Below are positions 62,310 through 64,000 of a DNA stretch of 64,000 nt, one piece after another. This DNA comes from a virus. The notes under the pieces are model-generated. The model did no database searches and was not told the DNA's origin. It saw only the letters and a list, made by a program, of their open reading frames with translations. The position numbers were made by a program, and so were the translations under genes. The stretch is taken from UHGV virus genome UHGV-0148165. One strand, 5' to 3'. How positions within the stretch are numbered: the stretch's first letter is position 1; each line of letters begins with the position of its first letter.

Positions 62310-64000
62310 ATGATGGAACTTATTACAGAATTATTTGACGAAGATACTACTCTTCCGATTACAAACTTAAATCCAAAGAAGAAAATACCGCAAATTTTTT
62401 CAGTTCATGTTGATGATGCAATTGAACAACCAGGCTTTCGTTTATGTACCTATACATCTGGAGGTGATACTAATCGCGATTTAAAGATGGGCGATAAAAT
62501 GATGCATATTGTTCCTTTTACATTAACTGCTAAAGGTTCAATTGCTAAATTAAAAGGTCTTGGTCCAAGCCCAATTAATTATATCAATTCAGTTTTTACT
62601 GTTGCGATGCAAACAATGCGTCAGTATAAAATTGATGCCTGTATGCTTCGTATTCTTAAGTCTAAAACCGCTGGTCAAGCTCGACAAATTCAAGTTATTG
62701 CTGATAGACTTATCCGTAGTCGTTCAGGTGGCAGATACGTCCTTCTTAAGGAACTCTGGGATTACGACAAAAAGTATGCATATATTCTTATACATCGCAA
62801 AAATGTATCATTAGAAGACATTCCAGGAGTTCCGGAAATTAGTACCGAGCTCTTTACTAAAGTTGAATCGAAAGTCGGCGATGTTTATATCAATAAAGAT
62901 ACTGGAGCTCAAGTAACTAAAAATGAGGCAATTGCAGCATCTATTGCGCAAGAAAATGATAAACGTTCTGACCAAGCTGTAATCGTTAAAGTTAAAATTT
63001 CCCGTAGAGCAATTGCACAAAGTCAGTCATTGGAATCTTCTAGATTTGAAAGTGAATTATTCCAGAAGTATGAATCTACCGCAGCTAATTTCAATAAACC
63101 TGCTACCGCTCCTTTAATTCCCGAAGCAGAAGAAATGAAGCTTGGAATTAATTCATTAGCTTCTAAAACTAAGGCAGCAAAAATTATTGCCGAAGGAACT
63201 GCGAATGAACTTCACTATGACTATAAATTCTTTTCAAAAAGTGAGGTTGATGAAGTTTCCGAAAAAATTAAAGATGTAATTTTTAACGCGATAAAAAATG
63301 AGCCAACTACTTCAATAAAATGTTTAGAGAAATACGCAGCAGCTGTTAATAAATTCTTTGAAGAATATAAAGATAATTGGCTTGATAAACATAATAAAAC
63401 TCGTAAAGGGCAACCAGATGAAGTCTGGGGAGAAATAACTAAAAATGCCTGGAATGCAGCAAAAACTAAATTCCTCAAACGAATGATTTATAGCTTTTCT
63501 GGAATTGGTGCTGGTCCAATGATTGATATTACCATTGCACGTGATGGTTCTAAATATACTCCATCACAAAAGCGTGGCATTAGAGAATATTGCGGCTCAG
63601 GATATACAGACATTAATAATCTTCTTTTAGGTCGTTACAATCCAGAACGATATGATGTAATGAGTGAAAAAGAAATTGAATCTGCTATAAATAATTTAGA
63701 TTCAGCCTTTGAAAATGGTGACCGCATACCGGAAGGCATTACAGTTTATCGTGCTCAAAGTATGACTGCTCCTATATACGAAGCGCTAGTTAAAAATAAA
63801 GTGTTCTATTTCAGAAATTTTGTATCTACTTCTTTAACTCCTATCATTTTTGGGCGTTTTGGAATTACACATGCTGGTATTGGTCTTTTAGAACCAGAAG
63901 CTCGTAATGAATTAACAGTTGATAAAAATGAAGAAGGAATAACTATTAATCCAAACGAAATAAGAGCGTATAAAGAAAATCCTGAATACGTTAAAGTTCA
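62310..64000 (+). CDS. alt: Alt ADP-ribosyltransferase (virion-packaged), N-terminal 563 codons; ORF runs off the window end
   Basis: open frame from ATG 62310 to window end with no stop (translated manually); ART-like YRAQS and STSL motifs near the end; not in ORF track because incomplete. Confidence 0.75.
   Translation, partial: MMELITELFDEDTTLPITNLNPKKKIPQIFSVHVDDAIEQPGFRLCTYTSGGDTNRDLKMGDKMMHIVPFTLTAKGSIAKLKGLGPSPINYINSVFTVAMQTMRQYKIDACMLRILKSKTAGQARQIQVIADRLIRSRSGGRYVLLKELWDYDKKYAYILIHRKNVSLEDIPGVPEISTELFTKVESKVGDVYINKDTGAQVTKNEAIAASIAQENDKRSDQAVIVKVKISRRAIAQSQSLESSRFESELFQKYESTAANFNKPATAPLIPEAEEMKLGINSLASKTKAAKIIAEGTANELHYDYKFFSKSEVDEVSEKIKDVIFNAIKNEPTTSIKCLEKYAAAVNKFFEEYKDNWLDKHNKTRKGQPDEVWGEITKNAWNAAKTKFLKRMIYSFSGIGAGPMIDITIARDGSKYTPSQKRGIREYCGSGYTDINNLLLGRYNPERYDVMSEKEIESAINNLDSAFENGDRIPEGITVYRAQSMTAPIYEALVKNKVFYFRNFVSTSLTPIIFGRFGITHAGIGLLEPEARNELTVDKNEEGITINPNEIRAYKENPEYVKV

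Overview
This window is about 64 kb of a T4-like (T-even) myovirus genome, read on the strand opposite to the conventional T4 map. Nucleotides 1-50 are not phage DNA: they are an untrimmed Illumina Nextera adapter, so the window starts at a contig end. From nt 51 the gene order is colinear with T4: small 61.x-type ORFs, primase 61, dam, 56, soc, small early ORFs, modA, modB, srd, dda, dexA, motB-like ORFs, topoisomerase gene 39, rIIA, rIIB, denB, tiny membrane ORFs, ndd, stp, ac, 52, motA, arn, asiA; then on the minus strand holin t and tail-fibre genes 38, 37, 36, 35, 34; then on the plus strand rnh, dsbA, 33, 59, 32, frd, td, nrdA, nrdB, denA, rnlA, alc, pseT, cd, 31, rIII, nine small ORFs, DNA ligase 30 and the start of alt (runs off the window). 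td and nrdB are each interrupted by a group I intron carrying a homing endonuclease gene (GIY-YIG I-TevI; a full-length 269-aa HNH enzyme in nrdB). The phage is not T4 itself: gene 39 is a single 605-aa ORF (no gene 60 split), gp38 is the long glycine-rich adhesin type, an extra 68-aa ORF sits between frd and td, and the free-standing endonuclease genes that I recall at 56/soc, nrdA/nrdB and 59/32 in T4 are absent. I found no tRNA, rRNA, CRISPR array, integrase or transposase. Regulatory signals are typical T4: GTTTAC/TATAAT-type early promoters, TATAAATA late promoters, UUCG-tetraloop terminators and the gene 32 operator pseudoknot. I did not find a clear-cut novel multi-gene system; the best candidates for follow-up are a 186-aa ORF translationally coupled to dam, the frd/td insert ORF, a convergent antisense membrane ORF at the 3' end of gene 61, and small-ORF clusters. 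No homology search was possible; all assignments rest on recalled protein sequences, motifs and lengths and on T4 synteny, and T4 comparisons are from memory.
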